A stretch of 32,000 nt of DNA from Staphylothermus marinus F1 (GTDB lineage: Archaea > Thermoproteota > Thermoprotei_A > Sulfolobales > Desulfurococcaceae). Positions 1-8,682 of the stretch are shown here, one piece after another; the first letter of the stretch is position 1; each line of letters begins with the position of its first letter. Below the pieces are notes generated by a model. It did no database searches. It saw nothing but the letters and a program-made list of their open reading frames with translations, and was not told where the DNA came from. The stretch is taken from assembly GCF_000015945.1 (NCBI RefSeq), contig NC_009033.1, positions 1-32,000 of the forward strand, in the 5' to 3' direction. A program made the position numbers and the translations under genes.

Positions 1-1
1 G

Positions 2-994
2 GTGAATTGCAGTATTTGTGGTAGACCAGCTGTTTATGTTAATAGGATCAGTGGTCAAGCCTACTGTAAAAAACATTTTCTCGAATATTTTGATAAAAAG
101 GTTAGGAGAACTATTAGGAAATATAAAATGTTTAGTTCAAGAGAACATATAGTTGTTGCTGTTTCTGGAGGTAAGGATTCATTATCTCTTCTCCACTACC
201 TATATAATTTATCGAAACGTGTTCCTGGATGGAAGATTACAGCTTTATTAATTGATGAAGGTATTGGAGGATATCGTGATATTACTAAGAAGGATTTCCT
301 AAGAGTGGTTAACGAACTGGGTGTTAATTATAAGATTGCTAGTTTTAAAGAATATCTTGGATACACTCTGGACGAAATTGTTAGGATTGGGAGAGAGAAG
401 GGATTACCTTATCTACCATGTAGTTACTGTGGTGTTTTCCGCAGATACTTATTAAACAAGGTTGCAAGAGATCTGGGTGGAACCGTTCTAGCTACAGCAC
501 ATAACTTAGATGATGTTATACAAACATATGTTATGAACATAATAAATAATAGTTGGGACAAAATATTGAGACTAGCACCGGTAACAGGCCCCCTTGATCA
601 CCCGAAATTTGTTAGGAGAGCTAAGCCCTTCTACGAAATACTCGAGAAAGAAACCACTCTTTACTCAATACTAAATAATTTATACCCCAAATTCGTTGAG
701 TGCCCATATGCTAGATTCAATATTAGATGGATGATTAGGCGCCAACTAAACGAGTTGGAAGAGAAATATCCTGGGACAAAATATTCTCTTCTAAGAAGCC
801 TGCTGAGAATAATTAGTATTTTATCTAAGCATCGAGACGAAATTATTCAGGGAGAAATAAAGACTTGTAAAGTATGTGGTGAACCCTCTGCACACGAGAT
901 TTGTAGGGCTTGCCTGTATAGATATGAACTAGGCATTATGAGGGAAGATGAGAGAAAGATTGTTGAAGAAGTTTTGGGTAAGAAGAAAAAATAA
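2..994 (+). CDS. tRNA 2-thiolation PP-loop ATPase, TtuA/NcsA (Ncs6/Ctu1) family
   Basis: PP-loop SGGKDS. N-terminal CxxC...CxxH zinc finger (CSICG...CKKH) and C-terminal CKVCG...CRAC finger. Conserved Fe-S ligand cysteines CSYCGVFRR and ECPYA. GTG start at nt 2, so the promoter lies off-window. Confidence 0.85.
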   Translation: MNCSICGRPAVYVNRISGQAYCKKHFLEYFDKKVRRTIRKYKMFSSREHIVVAVSGGKDSLSLLHYLYNLSKRVPGWKITALLIDEGIGGYRDITKKDFLRVVNELGVNYKIASFKEYLGYTLDEIVRIGREKGLPYLPCSYCGVFRRYLLNKVARDLGGTVLATAHNLDDVIQTYVMNIINNSWDKILRLAPVTGPLDHPKFVRRAKPFYEILEKETTLYSILNNLYPKFVECPYARFNIRWMIRRQLNELEEKYPGTKYSLLRSLLRIISILSKHRDEIIQGEIKTCKVCGEPSAHEICRACLYRYELGIMREDERKIVEEVLGKKKK

Positions 995-1010
995 TGGTTT
1001 ACACAGAAAA

Positions 1011-1018
1011 TTTTTATA
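1011..1018 (+). promoter_or_regulatory. TATA-box-like element (TTTTTATA) upstream of cbiM/nikM
   Basis: Only strong TATA-like octamer in the 60-bp gap. It lies about 37 nt upstream of the ATG at 1055, and an AGGTG SD-like motif at 1043-1047 sits 7 nt before that ATG. Confidence 0.4.
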
Positions 1019-1054
1019 CCTATGTGCACTTTTTATGAATATAGGTGCACTAAT

Positions 1055-1699
1055 ATGCATATCCCAGACGGCTTCCTAGATCCAGTATGGTGTATTATAA
1101 CATACTTAATTAGCATAACTTATTTCGTGGCAGGAGCGAAAATAATGAAATCACCATTAACCCCCGGCAAAGTATCATTAATAACAACACTAGCAGCAGG
1201 TATATTTGCCGCCCAAATGCTTAATTGGCCTATACCTGGAGGAACAAGTTTGCATTTTGTTGGAGGAGCGTTGGCTGGCATATTATTAGGGCCATTCTAT
1301 GGCTCGACCGCTCTTGCACTGGTTGTCACTCTACAGGCTTTACTATTCCATGATGGAGGCATAACTACTCTGGGAGCAAACCTATTGAATATGGCTATAA
1401 TTGATGTATTAATAGGCTACTACATTTATAGATTAGTTGTTGCTAAAACTGGTTTCTCGAAGAAAACAGTATTTATAGGTGGATTATTGGGGGGTTGGAT
1501 GGGGATCTTTATTGCGGGAGTTGCTTGTGGCGTAGAAATTGGTCTCTCACCACAGTTTCCATATGGAGTATTAATTAGTGTGCCGGCAATGGGTGTTTGG
1601 CATTTCATTCTTGGTATAATTGAGGGAATAATTACTGGTTCTGTATTATTCTATATTGCTTCCAAAAACCCGGAACTATTAGTTGGAAATGTTAGGTGA
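1055..1699 (+). CDS. cbiM: ECF-type Ni/Co transporter substrate-capture component CbiM/NikM
   Basis: The N-terminus MHIPDGFLD is the hallmark CbiM/NikM start. His67 (SLHFVGG), counted from this Met, matches the metal ligand position. The protein is multi-TM. The upstream ATG at 1022 would add 11 residues and bury the Met1-His2 ligand. Confidence 0.9.
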   Translation: MHIPDGFLDPVWCIITYLISITYFVAGAKIMKSPLTPGKVSLITTLAAGIFAAQMLNWPIPGGTSLHFVGGALAGILLGPFYGSTALALVVTLQALLFHDGGITTLGANLLNMAIIDVLIGYYIYRLVVAKTGFSKKTVFIGGLLGGWMGIFIAGVACGVEIGLSPQFPYGVLISVPAMGVWHFILGIIEGIITGSVLFYIASKNPELLVGNVR

Positions 1700-1705
1700 T
1701 CAAAG

Positions 1706-1996
1706 ATGATTGGTTGGAAGACCCTGCTAGTAATAATAACCTTGATAATAATTAGCCCAATATTCGGTGTTATATTAGCTGATATGGTCGGCTACCATGA
1801 ACCACTAGATGTAGCTGCTGAAATGCTTGGATTGCATGATATTAGTGAAAAAATTAATTGGACCCCATTCTTCGACTATACAATACCTGGATTAGACCCC
1901 GTTATAGGCTATATCGTTTCAGGATTCATAGGTGTAGCTATAATATACCTAATTGGATACATTGTTAGAAAACTAGTAAGTGGAGGAGGTAAATGA
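1706..1996 (+). CDS. CbiN/NikN-like small two-TM component (PDGLE-type)
   Basis: 96 aa with an N-terminal TM helix, a loop (YHEPLDVAAE resembles the PDGLE motif region) and a C-terminal TM helix. Sits between cbiM and cbiQ, and its stop overlaps the cbiQ start (ATGA at 1993). Confidence 0.55.
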   Translation: MIGWKTLLVIITLIIISPIFGVILADMVGYHEPLDVAAEMLGLHDISEKINWTPFFDYTIPGLDPVIGYIVSGFIGVAIIYLIGYIVRKLVSGGGK

Positions 1997-2787
1997 AGAA
2001 TTATATAAGGAGTTTTTTCGAAGAAGTAGCATTAATTATGGACATGCTAAATATTCATAATCCAAACCCAAAGCTTGATCCACTCATATTATTTGTCGTA
2101 TCAGTTATTCTGAGTTTTCAAGCTAGTTTTACAACTAATATTGTAGGATTAATCATACCTTTAACATATTCTTTGATCCTGATATTTGTTTTAAAGCTTG
2201 ATCATAGGATAATAGCTAGAATAGAATTATTTGTTTTATTCATAGGTCTAGTAGTATCTTTTCCACTACTTTTTACTCGCTCTGGAAACATTAATGGTCT
2301 TTATGATTTAAATGGATCTATAACGTTTATGGGAATATATTCTTTCGCAAAGCTCTTAATGAGGGTAACATTATCTCCTTTACCACTATTGGTTGCAATT
2401 GCTTATCTGGGATGGACTAATGTTTTAAAGGCTATGAGCAGGTTTAAAGCGGTAAGAAATGTTGTTTCATATATTGCTTTAACAACTGTATTAATCCCGC
2501 GGATCATTAGGTATTCGATACAATTAATCATTGCTAGAGATGCGAGAAATGTAAAAAACAGTTATTCAAATATATGGAGAAGCTTATCCGCAATAGTTGG
2601 AGACACATTAATTCATTCACATAATTATGCTGATAAACTACAATATGCATATACTGCTAGAACCATAGGTTGCTTCAAAACATATAGTGGAAAAATAAGA
2701 CTTAATATTGCTACTCTATTCTTCATGTTTTTATCTATTTTAGCAATAACTTGGGAAACAGTGGCGATGCTTTATGGAAGTTATTAA
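1993..2787 (+). CDS. cbiQ: ECF transporter transmembrane (T) component CbiQ
   Basis: 264-aa polytopic membrane protein between cbiN-like and cbiO. Has an ARDARN segment in the region where the conserved Arg-containing coupling helices of T components lie. Overlaps both neighbours. Confidence 0.75.
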   Translation: MKNYIRSFFEEVALIMDMLNIHNPNPKLDPLILFVVSVILSFQASFTTNIVGLIIPLTYSLILIFVLKLDHRIIARIELFVLFIGLVVSFPLLFTRSGNINGLYDLNGSITFMGIYSFAKLLMRVTLSPLPLLVAIAYLGWTNVLKAMSRFKAVRNVVSYIALTTVLIPRIIRYSIQLIIARDARNVKNSYSNIWRSLSAIVGDTLIHSHNYADKLQYAYTARTIGCFKTYSGKIRLNIATLFFMFLSILAITWETVAMLYGSY

Positions 2788-3451
2788 ACTGGTAAACATA
2801 TGGTACAAGTATCCTGGAGCAAATGATTATGCATTGAAAAATATAAACTTGGTATTTGAGGATTCAAAAATATATTTCATAAATGGACCCAATGGTGCTG
2901 GTAAGACAACTCTCCTCCTCATAATAGCTGGCTTAATAGAACCTGTAAGGGGTGAAGTAATTTTTCGAGGTAAGCCTTTAAAACAACAATTGCCAATAGC
3001 CCGCAGATATTTTGGATTATTATTTCAAAATCCTGAGCACATGTTATTCAATCCAACAGTATATGATGAAATAGCTTATGTTTTAAGACAATTAAACAGT
3101 GATGAGGAAGAGATTAGGGAACGAGTTCATGAAACAATAAAATGTTTAGGACTCGAGAAAACAATACTTAATAAATATACATATATGCTGAGTTATGGTG
3201 AGAAAAAACTCGTAGCTCTAGCTGCTATATTATCCTATGAACCAGACATACTTTTACTCGACGAGCCTTTCACTAATTTATCGCTGAAATACTTGGATAA
3301 GATTAAGAAAATTATATCTAACTATAAAAGCAACGGTAAAACAGTTATTGTAGCTGGTCACGAACAAGAATTTCAACACGAAGAAATAGATGAGATTATT
3401 CTTCTAGAAAATGGTGAAGTAATTGATCATATAGTATATTCGGGTTCCTAA
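2774..3451 (+). CDS. cbiO: ECF transporter ATPase CbiO
   Basis: Walker A GPNGAGKTT, Q-loop region FQNPEHMLF typical of ECF ATPases, signature LSYGEKK, Walker B LLLDEP. Confidence 0.9.
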   Translation: MEVIKLVNIWYKYPGANDYALKNINLVFEDSKIYFINGPNGAGKTTLLLIIAGLIEPVRGEVIFRGKPLKQQLPIARRYFGLLFQNPEHMLFNPTVYDEIAYVLRQLNSDEEEIRERVHETIKCLGLEKTILNKYTYMLSYGEKKLVALAAILSYEPDILLLDEPFTNLSLKYLDKIKKIISNYKSNGKTVIVAGHEQEFQHEEIDEIILLENGEVIDHIVYSGS

Positions 3452-3513
3452 ACATTTTAGCTCTCTAAATTTATAGTATTGTAAATTAATAATTACTTGT
3501 CCGGGGATATTCA

Positions 3514-3918
3514 TTGAAGAAACCCGTTAAGTTTGGAATATATTTGCCGGAGGACTTAGCTAGAGAACTAGGTGAATGCATGAAGATAACCGGTATCCGG
3601 AAGAGATCTAAGATTATTCAGGAAGCATTGAGGCTTTTCATTGTTGAGCATCGATGGAAGACTGTTGGTAAAGCTTCTGGAGTTATAGGGGTTGTGTATA
3701 ATCATGAAGTTAGAGGGGTTGATGAAGCACTTACCGATATTCAGCATGAATATCTCGATATTATAGTTTCTACAGTTCATGTCCACTTGGATAAGGAGAA
3801 ATGTATGCTTGCAATAATTGTCAGAGGAGATACTGGCAGGATCAAGGAATTGTTAAGCAATATTATGAATATTAAAGGAGTGTTAATAACTAGGCCAATG
3901 CTTCTAGAAACAAGTTAA
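3514..3918 (+). CDS. nikR: Nickel-responsive transcriptional regulator NikR
   Basis: N-terminal ribbon-helix-helix (KFGIYLPEDLARELGE...RSKIIQEALRLF). The C-terminal domain has H78, H89, H91 and C97 (HVHLDKEKC = HxHx5C), matching the E. coli NikR high-affinity Ni site with a constant +2 offset. TTG start. Confidence 0.85.
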   Translation: MKKPVKFGIYLPEDLARELGECMKITGIRKRSKIIQEALRLFIVEHRWKTVGKASGVIGVVYNHEVRGVDEALTDIQHEYLDIIVSTVHVHLDKEKCMLAIIVRGDTGRIKELLSNIMNIKGVLITRPMLLETS

Positions 3919-3933
3919 TTGTTTTATGGAGCT

Positions 3934-4863
3934 CTAGGATAATCCATGTTCCCAAATATACTTTATTACTTCTTCATGGCTAGGCACATTATGACTTCCT
4001 AAACGACTGGTTTTCAATGCTGCTACAGCGTTTCCATATATTAATGCTTTCTTCAAATTATACCCTCTACTCAAACCTAACAATAATCCGGAAGCGAATG
4101 CGTCTCCAGCACCAGTTGTATCTATAACCTTATCTACTGGGAAAGCAGGGAGATCATATGTTTCACCATCACTTGTAACAGCATATATACCCTCGGGTCC
4201 CCGCTTAATTACTACGAGCCATACTCCAGTTTCCAGTATTTTCTTAGCGGCTTCCCTATAATCACTAATACCTGTTAAATGATAAGCTTCCTTCTTATTA
4301 ACTAATACTATATCGATATACTTCAATAATTCATCAAAGTAGCTTAACCCCTTCAGAGATAAACGCCTACCAGGATCCCAAGCAGTTTTTAAACCATGCT
4401 TCTTCGCCAATTTAGCTGCTTCCAGTGAAGTATCTAGTCTTAAACTTGCAATATGTAAATATTTGCCACGAGAAATAATTCCTTCATCAAGATCTTTAGG
4501 TTCAAGTTTCTCAGCTGAACCCTTGTATCCATACATTATTATTTTTCCATCCCTATCAATGATCACAACTGTGAAACCTGTATCTCCAAGGCAAACCTTT
4601 ACACCTGAAACATCTACTTTCTCACGCATAAGCTCATCAATAACAAGCCTGCCAAACCCATCTAATCCAACCTTAACGATAACAGCTGATCTGCCGCCTA
4701 GTCTTGATACATCAATAGAAACATTCGCAGCCGATCCACCTACACCACGCGTTTGCTTAATAATACTAGCCTCTTCATCGGGGCCAACAAACCTATCAAC
4801 AATAAATCTTATATCAACCAATCCATGGCCAACAGCAACTACATCATACTTCTCCACATTCAC
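3934..4863 (-). CDS. PfkB/ribokinase-family carbohydrate kinase
   Basis: N-terminal GxG (VVAVGHGLVD) and the C-terminal PfkB signature DTTGAGDAFASG. 309 aa. Confidence 0.85.
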   Translation of the reverse strand: MNVEKYDVVAVGHGLVDIRFIVDRFVGPDEEASIIKQTRGVGGSAANVSIDVSRLGGRSAVIVKVGLDGFGRLVIDELMREKVDVSGVKVCLGDTGFTVVIIDRDGKIIMYGYKGSAEKLEPKDLDEGIISRGKYLHIASLRLDTSLEAAKLAKKHGLKTAWDPGRRLSLKGLSYFDELLKYIDIVLVNKKEAYHLTGISDYREAAKKILETGVWLVVIKRGPEGIYAVTSDGETYDLPAFPVDKVIDTTGAGDAFASGLLLGLSRGYNLKKALIYGNAVAALKTSRLGSHNVPSHEEVIKYIWEHGLS

Positions 4864-5138
4864 TCTAATACACCATTATTAGAAATAGTAGTTGATACTC
4901 TATATTATTAGCTTTTCTTTAATAAGAATATTATAAAATAATTGTTTTAAATACTGTTTTAAAAATAGTTTTCCTCGTATTGCTTGTAATTGCTCTTAAA
5001 ACCGCTAATGATTACAGTAGGTTTTTGCATAAATGTTGCCGCAATAGATCTTAGATATTATAACTTATGTAATGGTTGCCAATAAAAATGCTTAAGGAGG
5101 GAGTATAGGCTTTGAAATGATGTAATAATGATTAGTGG

Positions 5139-5144
5139 AAAAAA
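5139..5144 (-). terminator. Oligo-T tract (T6 on minus strand) just downstream of the flavoenzyme operon
   Basis: AAAAAA on the plus strand at 5139-5144 reads as TTTTTT on the minus strand, 10-15 nt after the stop at 5154-5156. Archaeal termination uses oligo-T. Confidence 0.4.
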
Positions 5145-5153
5145 TATGGTGCT

Positions 5154-6293
5154 TTATCCAAATACGGCTATTTCTTTCACTAGTTTCCCCTTAGTGAACC
5201 TTTCTGGGCTTAAGTTTTCGATGTAAGGGATATTTTGTTTCTGTCCTAGAATATAATTGGCCATTGCTTCTCCAACAGCTGGAGACATCATGAATCCGTG
5301 TCCACTGAAACCTGTTGCTACGTATAGGTTTTCATATTCTTCTACCGGACCAATTACGGGGTGATGATCTGGTGTCATGACATAGTAGCCTGTCCAGTAC
5401 CTTAGTACTCTTACATATGGTAGCCATGGGAAATATTTTGTCCATATATTTGCAGCTAAGAATAAGTAATCTATTCTATTAGTTGGAGGAGTATTTGGTT
5501 TCTCCTCAATATTCGCGCCTATGAGGAATCCTCCGTGGAGTACTTGGACAATATATGATGATGTCTGCCAATCTATTAGTAGCGGGTCAAATAATGGCTT
5601 ATATGCTTCAGTTATTAAGGCGTGTTTTGGAATGTTTTCTAGTGGGAGATCAAGCCCTATTGTGTCTAGTATTTTCTTTGAACCATGACCTGCTGCAACA
5701 AGTATTTTCTCGGCTTCTATAACTCCCTTACTTGTCATAGCACCTACTACTTTATGGTTCCTAGTTACTAGTTTGTATACTGGTGTGTTTATGATTACTT
5801 TGACTCCTTTTTTCTTAATGTATTCTAGAATATTTAGTAGAGATAGGAAACAACTTGCTTTACCAGCTAATGGATCATATACTCCTGCTAACAAATTATC
5901 TGTCCTAATAGTTGGTACGATTTCTCTAATTTCTTCGGGGCTAATTATCTTTGTTGGAATATCGTGTTTGTGGTGGAAATCAACAATTTTCTTAAACAAT
6001 TCAACGTGTTCGGGTCTTGAAAGCAACCATATATATCCGCCTCGCTTATAGGGTATGTTGTGTTGTTTTGATAATATAGGCCATAGATTTATTGATCTCT
6101 TCATAAGCTCTACATGTTCCAAACTAGTAAAGCTAGCTCTTATACCGGTTGCACACCTATATGTTCCTCCGCTTCCAGGATATTTTTTCTCAACAATAAC
6201 TATATCGTTGAATCCTTTATCCACTAGAAACTTTGCGGTCATAACCCCAATTATTCCAGCACCAATAATGAGCAGTTTAGTTTTGAGAGTCAA
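5154..6293 (-). CDS. FAD-dependent oxidoreductase, beta (catalytic) subunit of a proline-dehydrogenase / sarcosine-oxidase-beta / HcnC-like complex
   Basis: N-terminal dinucleotide fold LLIIGAGIIGVMTA...VIVEKK. DAO-family features include the C-terminal TGFSGHGFMMSP. 379 aa. Confidence 0.8.
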   Translation of the reverse strand: MTLKTKLLIIGAGIIGVMTAKFLVDKGFNDIVIVEKKYPGSGGTYRCATGIRASFTSLEHVELMKRSINLWPILSKQHNIPYKRGGYIWLLSRPEHVELFKKIVDFHHKHDIPTKIISPEEIREIVPTIRTDNLLAGVYDPLAGKASCFLSLLNILEYIKKKGVKVIINTPVYKLVTRNHKVVGAMTSKGVIEAEKILVAAGHGSKKILDTIGLDLPLENIPKHALITEAYKPLFDPLLIDWQTSSYIVQVLHGGFLIGANIEEKPNTPPTNRIDYLFLAANIWTKYFPWLPYVRVLRYWTGYYVMTPDHHPVIGPVEEYENLYVATGFSGHGFMMSPAVGEAMANYILGQKQNIPYIENLSPERFTKGKLVKEIAVFG

Positions 6294-6299
6294 CTCGTT

Positions 6300-6602
6300 T
6301 CACCTCTTAGTAAAGGACTTGTTCATGAAGAATTTGAACTCGATAGGTGTTAGTGGAGGTCTATTCATCGGCATAAATAATTCTTCAAACTTTTTCCCTG
6401 TTTTCCTCGCAAGTATCTTAGCAGTTAATACTAAACAATATCTACCTTGGCAGGGACCCATTCCTATTCTTAAATATCTCTTCAATGATTCGAGATCAGT
6501 GTATCCCTTATCTATTGCTTCTTCAATATTTGCTAAAGAAACATTTTCACATCTACACACAATCACTTTTCTGGGATCCATATAGCTCTCACCTCGAACC
6601 AT
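6300..6602 (-). CDS. Small BFD-like [2Fe-2S]-binding subunit (delta / HcnA-like)
   Basis: CRCENV...GMGPCQGRYC cysteine pattern typical of BFD-like 2Fe-2S domains. The start may be the internal Met at 6581 (MDPRKVIVCRC). Confidence 0.65.
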   Translation of the reverse strand: MVRGESYMDPRKVIVCRCENVSLANIEEAIDKGYTDLESLKRYLRIGMGPCQGRYCLVLTAKILARKTGKKFEELFMPMNRPPLTPIEFKFFMNKSFTKR

Positions 6603-7057
6603 TTATCGCGGGGAACCTCGACTGTTACAGTCCATGTTTTATCATATTGCCAAGCCTTCACGATCACGCCTTCACCAACAACTTTTCCCTCACGACTCAG
6701 AAGCTTCACTTTCAACCCCTTCTTAGGCTCCGGCAAAAACTCGTATGGAAGAGTTATCAATGCTTTCCCAGGCTTGGATAAGTCTATTACGAACATTGCT
6801 AAACCTGGGCATTGAGGAACACATACTCCGCAACCTATACATTTATCAGGGTTAACCCTTGGTAAATCATAGATTTTCTCCATTTCAATAGCATTGAATG
6901 GGCAAACATTAGCACATATATTACAAGGTATTTCCTCTGGACATTCAGCTATTGCTATAGGCCCCTTCTCCAATCTCTCCATACTTGGAAGTAATCCCTT
7001 CTCCTTTAAATCATCTATTGATAGAACACCTGTTTCCTTATATCCCATCATATTCAC
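6563..7057 (-). CDS. 4Fe-4S dicluster ferredoxin-domain subunit (gamma)
   Basis: One canonical 4Fe-4S motif, CIGCGVCVPQCP, plus a divergent cysteine motif, CPEEIPCNICANVCP (partial CxxCxxxCP). 164 aa. Overlaps both neighbouring genes. Confidence 0.7.
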   Translation of the reverse strand: MNMMGYKETGVLSIDDLKEKGLLPSMERLEKGPIAIAECPEEIPCNICANVCPFNAIEMEKIYDLPRVNPDKCIGCGVCVPQCPGLAMFVIDLSKPGKALITLPYEFLPEPKKGLKVKLLSREGKVVGEGVIVKAWQYDKTWTVTVEVPRDKWFEVRAIWIPEK

Positions 7058-8522
7058 CTCTACGGATCTTTTCCATTTCCTCCTCGGAAACAGTTACCTT
7101 AAGCTTTCCGGCTCTAGCTCTTGAAACAACTGGTGATAAACGATATTCGTTCCACAAATAATCTAGAAGCTCGTCTCTACGTTTACGAATAGATTCTTTA
7201 TCTACTCCTAGTTTTATTGCTGCTGATAATGCTGCTATTTCACCTTCTATAAAAGCAGTTGTTGCCTCCTCGATCCCGCTGGCGTCTCCCGCAATATATA
7301 AGTTTTCAACACTTGTCTCCATATATTTCGTCCTTATAGGGGCTAGTCCTCCTAGTTCCGGAACATATTTCAATACAGCTCCTGCTTGACTATAGAATGC
7401 ATAGTTTGGCTGTAAACCAACAGCTAATAATACAAGGTCTACGTCGAAAACTTTCTCTGATCCAGGTATTGGTTCGAACTTATCGTTAACCATGGAGATC
7501 TCTGCTTTCTCAACTCTATTAGAACCTATAGCCTTAGTAATCGTGTGCCTCATGTAGAAGGGTATACCTAGTCTCCTAACTTTTGCTGCATGAACAAACC
7601 AACCGCCTATATGTGGCAGGATCTCTGCGATACCGACAACTTTAACTCCAGCTTGTAATAATTGGTATGAAACAATTAATCCTACATTACCTGATCCAAT
7701 AATTAGTGCTCTATCACCAGGTCTAACCCCATATTCATTCATAAGTGTTTGTGCACCGCCAGCACCCATTATGCCTGGCAAATCATTGTTTTCGAAGAAA
7801 ATAGTTTTCTCACAAGCACCCGTGCTTCCTATAATGATTTTTGGCTTGACCAATAGATTAACTGGTTTATCCCCCCTAACAGCTACTCCTACAATATTGT
7901 TTCTGAACAAGCCATAAGCATATGCTCTCGTATATACATGTATATTTTTCTTCTCCTTTACTAGTTTTGAGAGTTTCTCTGCAATATTGTATCCTCGGAT
8001 TCCTCCATAGAATTTTTTATCTCCGAAAAACCTATGCGTCTGCTTAATTAGTTGTCCTCCAAGTCTGAAATGATCATCTACTAAAACAACATCTAAGCCT
8101 AGATCAGCAAGTACAAGTGATGCTTGTAAACCAGCTGGTCCCCCGCCAATTATTAATGCATCCGTATTGATCTCAACTGTTTCGGCAGGAGTATAATTTG
8201 TTTTCCTTGGGACCTCTGCTATTCCTCTCTGCTTATAAACTCTAACACCCTCCCTAACAGGCTCAATACATATTCTAGTATTGGGAACATCGTCAACAAT
8301 GCTTAAACAACTACTACATTTCCCAATCATACAAAAAGCTCCACGAGGCCTCTTACCATCCGAGCTATATGAGAAAACCCTATAGCCTACAGCATATAAT
8401 GCTGCTAGAATACTTTCTCCCTCATAAGCCTCAATAGCTTTGTCTTCATAGTAGAAAATTACTCGCCGACCCCTGCGGAAATCAATAATTGGATGTTTAA
8501 TTATTCGGTAATTCCCGCTCAT
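7038..8522 (-). CDS. FAD/NAD(P)-binding oxidoreductase alpha subunit with N-terminal 2Fe-2S-type domain (HcnB/OoxA/proline dehydrogenase alpha-like)
   Basis: N-terminal Cys cluster CMIGKCSSC...RIC, followed by two Rossmann motifs (LIIGGGPAGLQAS; LIIGSGNVGLIVS). 494 aa. Confidence 0.8.
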   Translation of the reverse strand: MSGNYRIIKHPIIDFRRGRRVIFYYEDKAIEAYEGESILAALYAVGYRVFSYSSDGKRPRGAFCMIGKCSSCLSIVDDVPNTRICIEPVREGVRVYKQRGIAEVPRKTNYTPAETVEINTDALIIGGGPAGLQASLVLADLGLDVVLVDDHFRLGGQLIKQTHRFFGDKKFYGGIRGYNIAEKLSKLVKEKKNIHVYTRAYAYGLFRNNIVGVAVRGDKPVNLLVKPKIIIGSTGACEKTIFFENNDLPGIMGAGGAQTLMNEYGVRPGDRALIIGSGNVGLIVSYQLLQAGVKVVGIAEILPHIGGWFVHAAKVRRLGIPFYMRHTITKAIGSNRVEKAEISMVNDKFEPIPGSEKVFDVDLVLLAVGLQPNYAFYSQAGAVLKYVPELGGLAPIRTKYMETSVENLYIAGDASGIEEATTAFIEGEIAALSAAIKLGVDKESIRKRRDELLDYLWNEYRLSPVVSRARAGKLKVTVSEEEMEKIRRGEYDGI

Positions 8523-8682
8523 TACTTATCAATGCCCCTTTACATATAAGTACAATACATACATATATGGTTAAGTAAATAAAATATGTTAATCTCTATT
8601 CATCTCAAATAATCAATTCATTCATAACATGCTCTAACTTATTAGTTCCCCAATATAATTGTATAGATAATGGTGTTGCGGA

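Noticed and set aside
995-1054. Cobalamin or other riboswitch upstream of cbiM.
   Set aside because: Only 60 bp are available, which is far too short for a B12 riboswitch. No conserved B12-box-like sequence was seen, and riboswitch control of this kind is not expected in an archaeon.
4463-4882. 139-aa plus-strand ORF antisense to the PfkB kinase. Similar long shadow ORFs lie at 6055-6585, 8763-9323, 5773-6051, 13465-13758, 14476-14745, 20061-20357, 24850-25140, 26371-26706 and 29474-29746.
   Set aside because: Each lies fully inside a well-supported gene on the opposite strand. Their translations are low-complexity (P/S/T/I-rich) with no motifs. This is typical antisense-frame behaviour and they are not called as genes.
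5108-5140. C/D-box-sRNA-like strings (ATGATGT, ATGATTA) in the 290-bp gap between pfkB and the flavoenzyme operon. Approximate repeats TGTTGCCGCAATA / GGTTGCCAATAA lie at about 5033-5085.
   Set aside because: There is no properly spaced D box (CUGA) or terminal stem. The motifs deviate from RUGAUGA. The only small ORFs are of the 25-aa class (5008 onward) with no support. The region is more simply explained as pfkB promoter plus upstream terminator.
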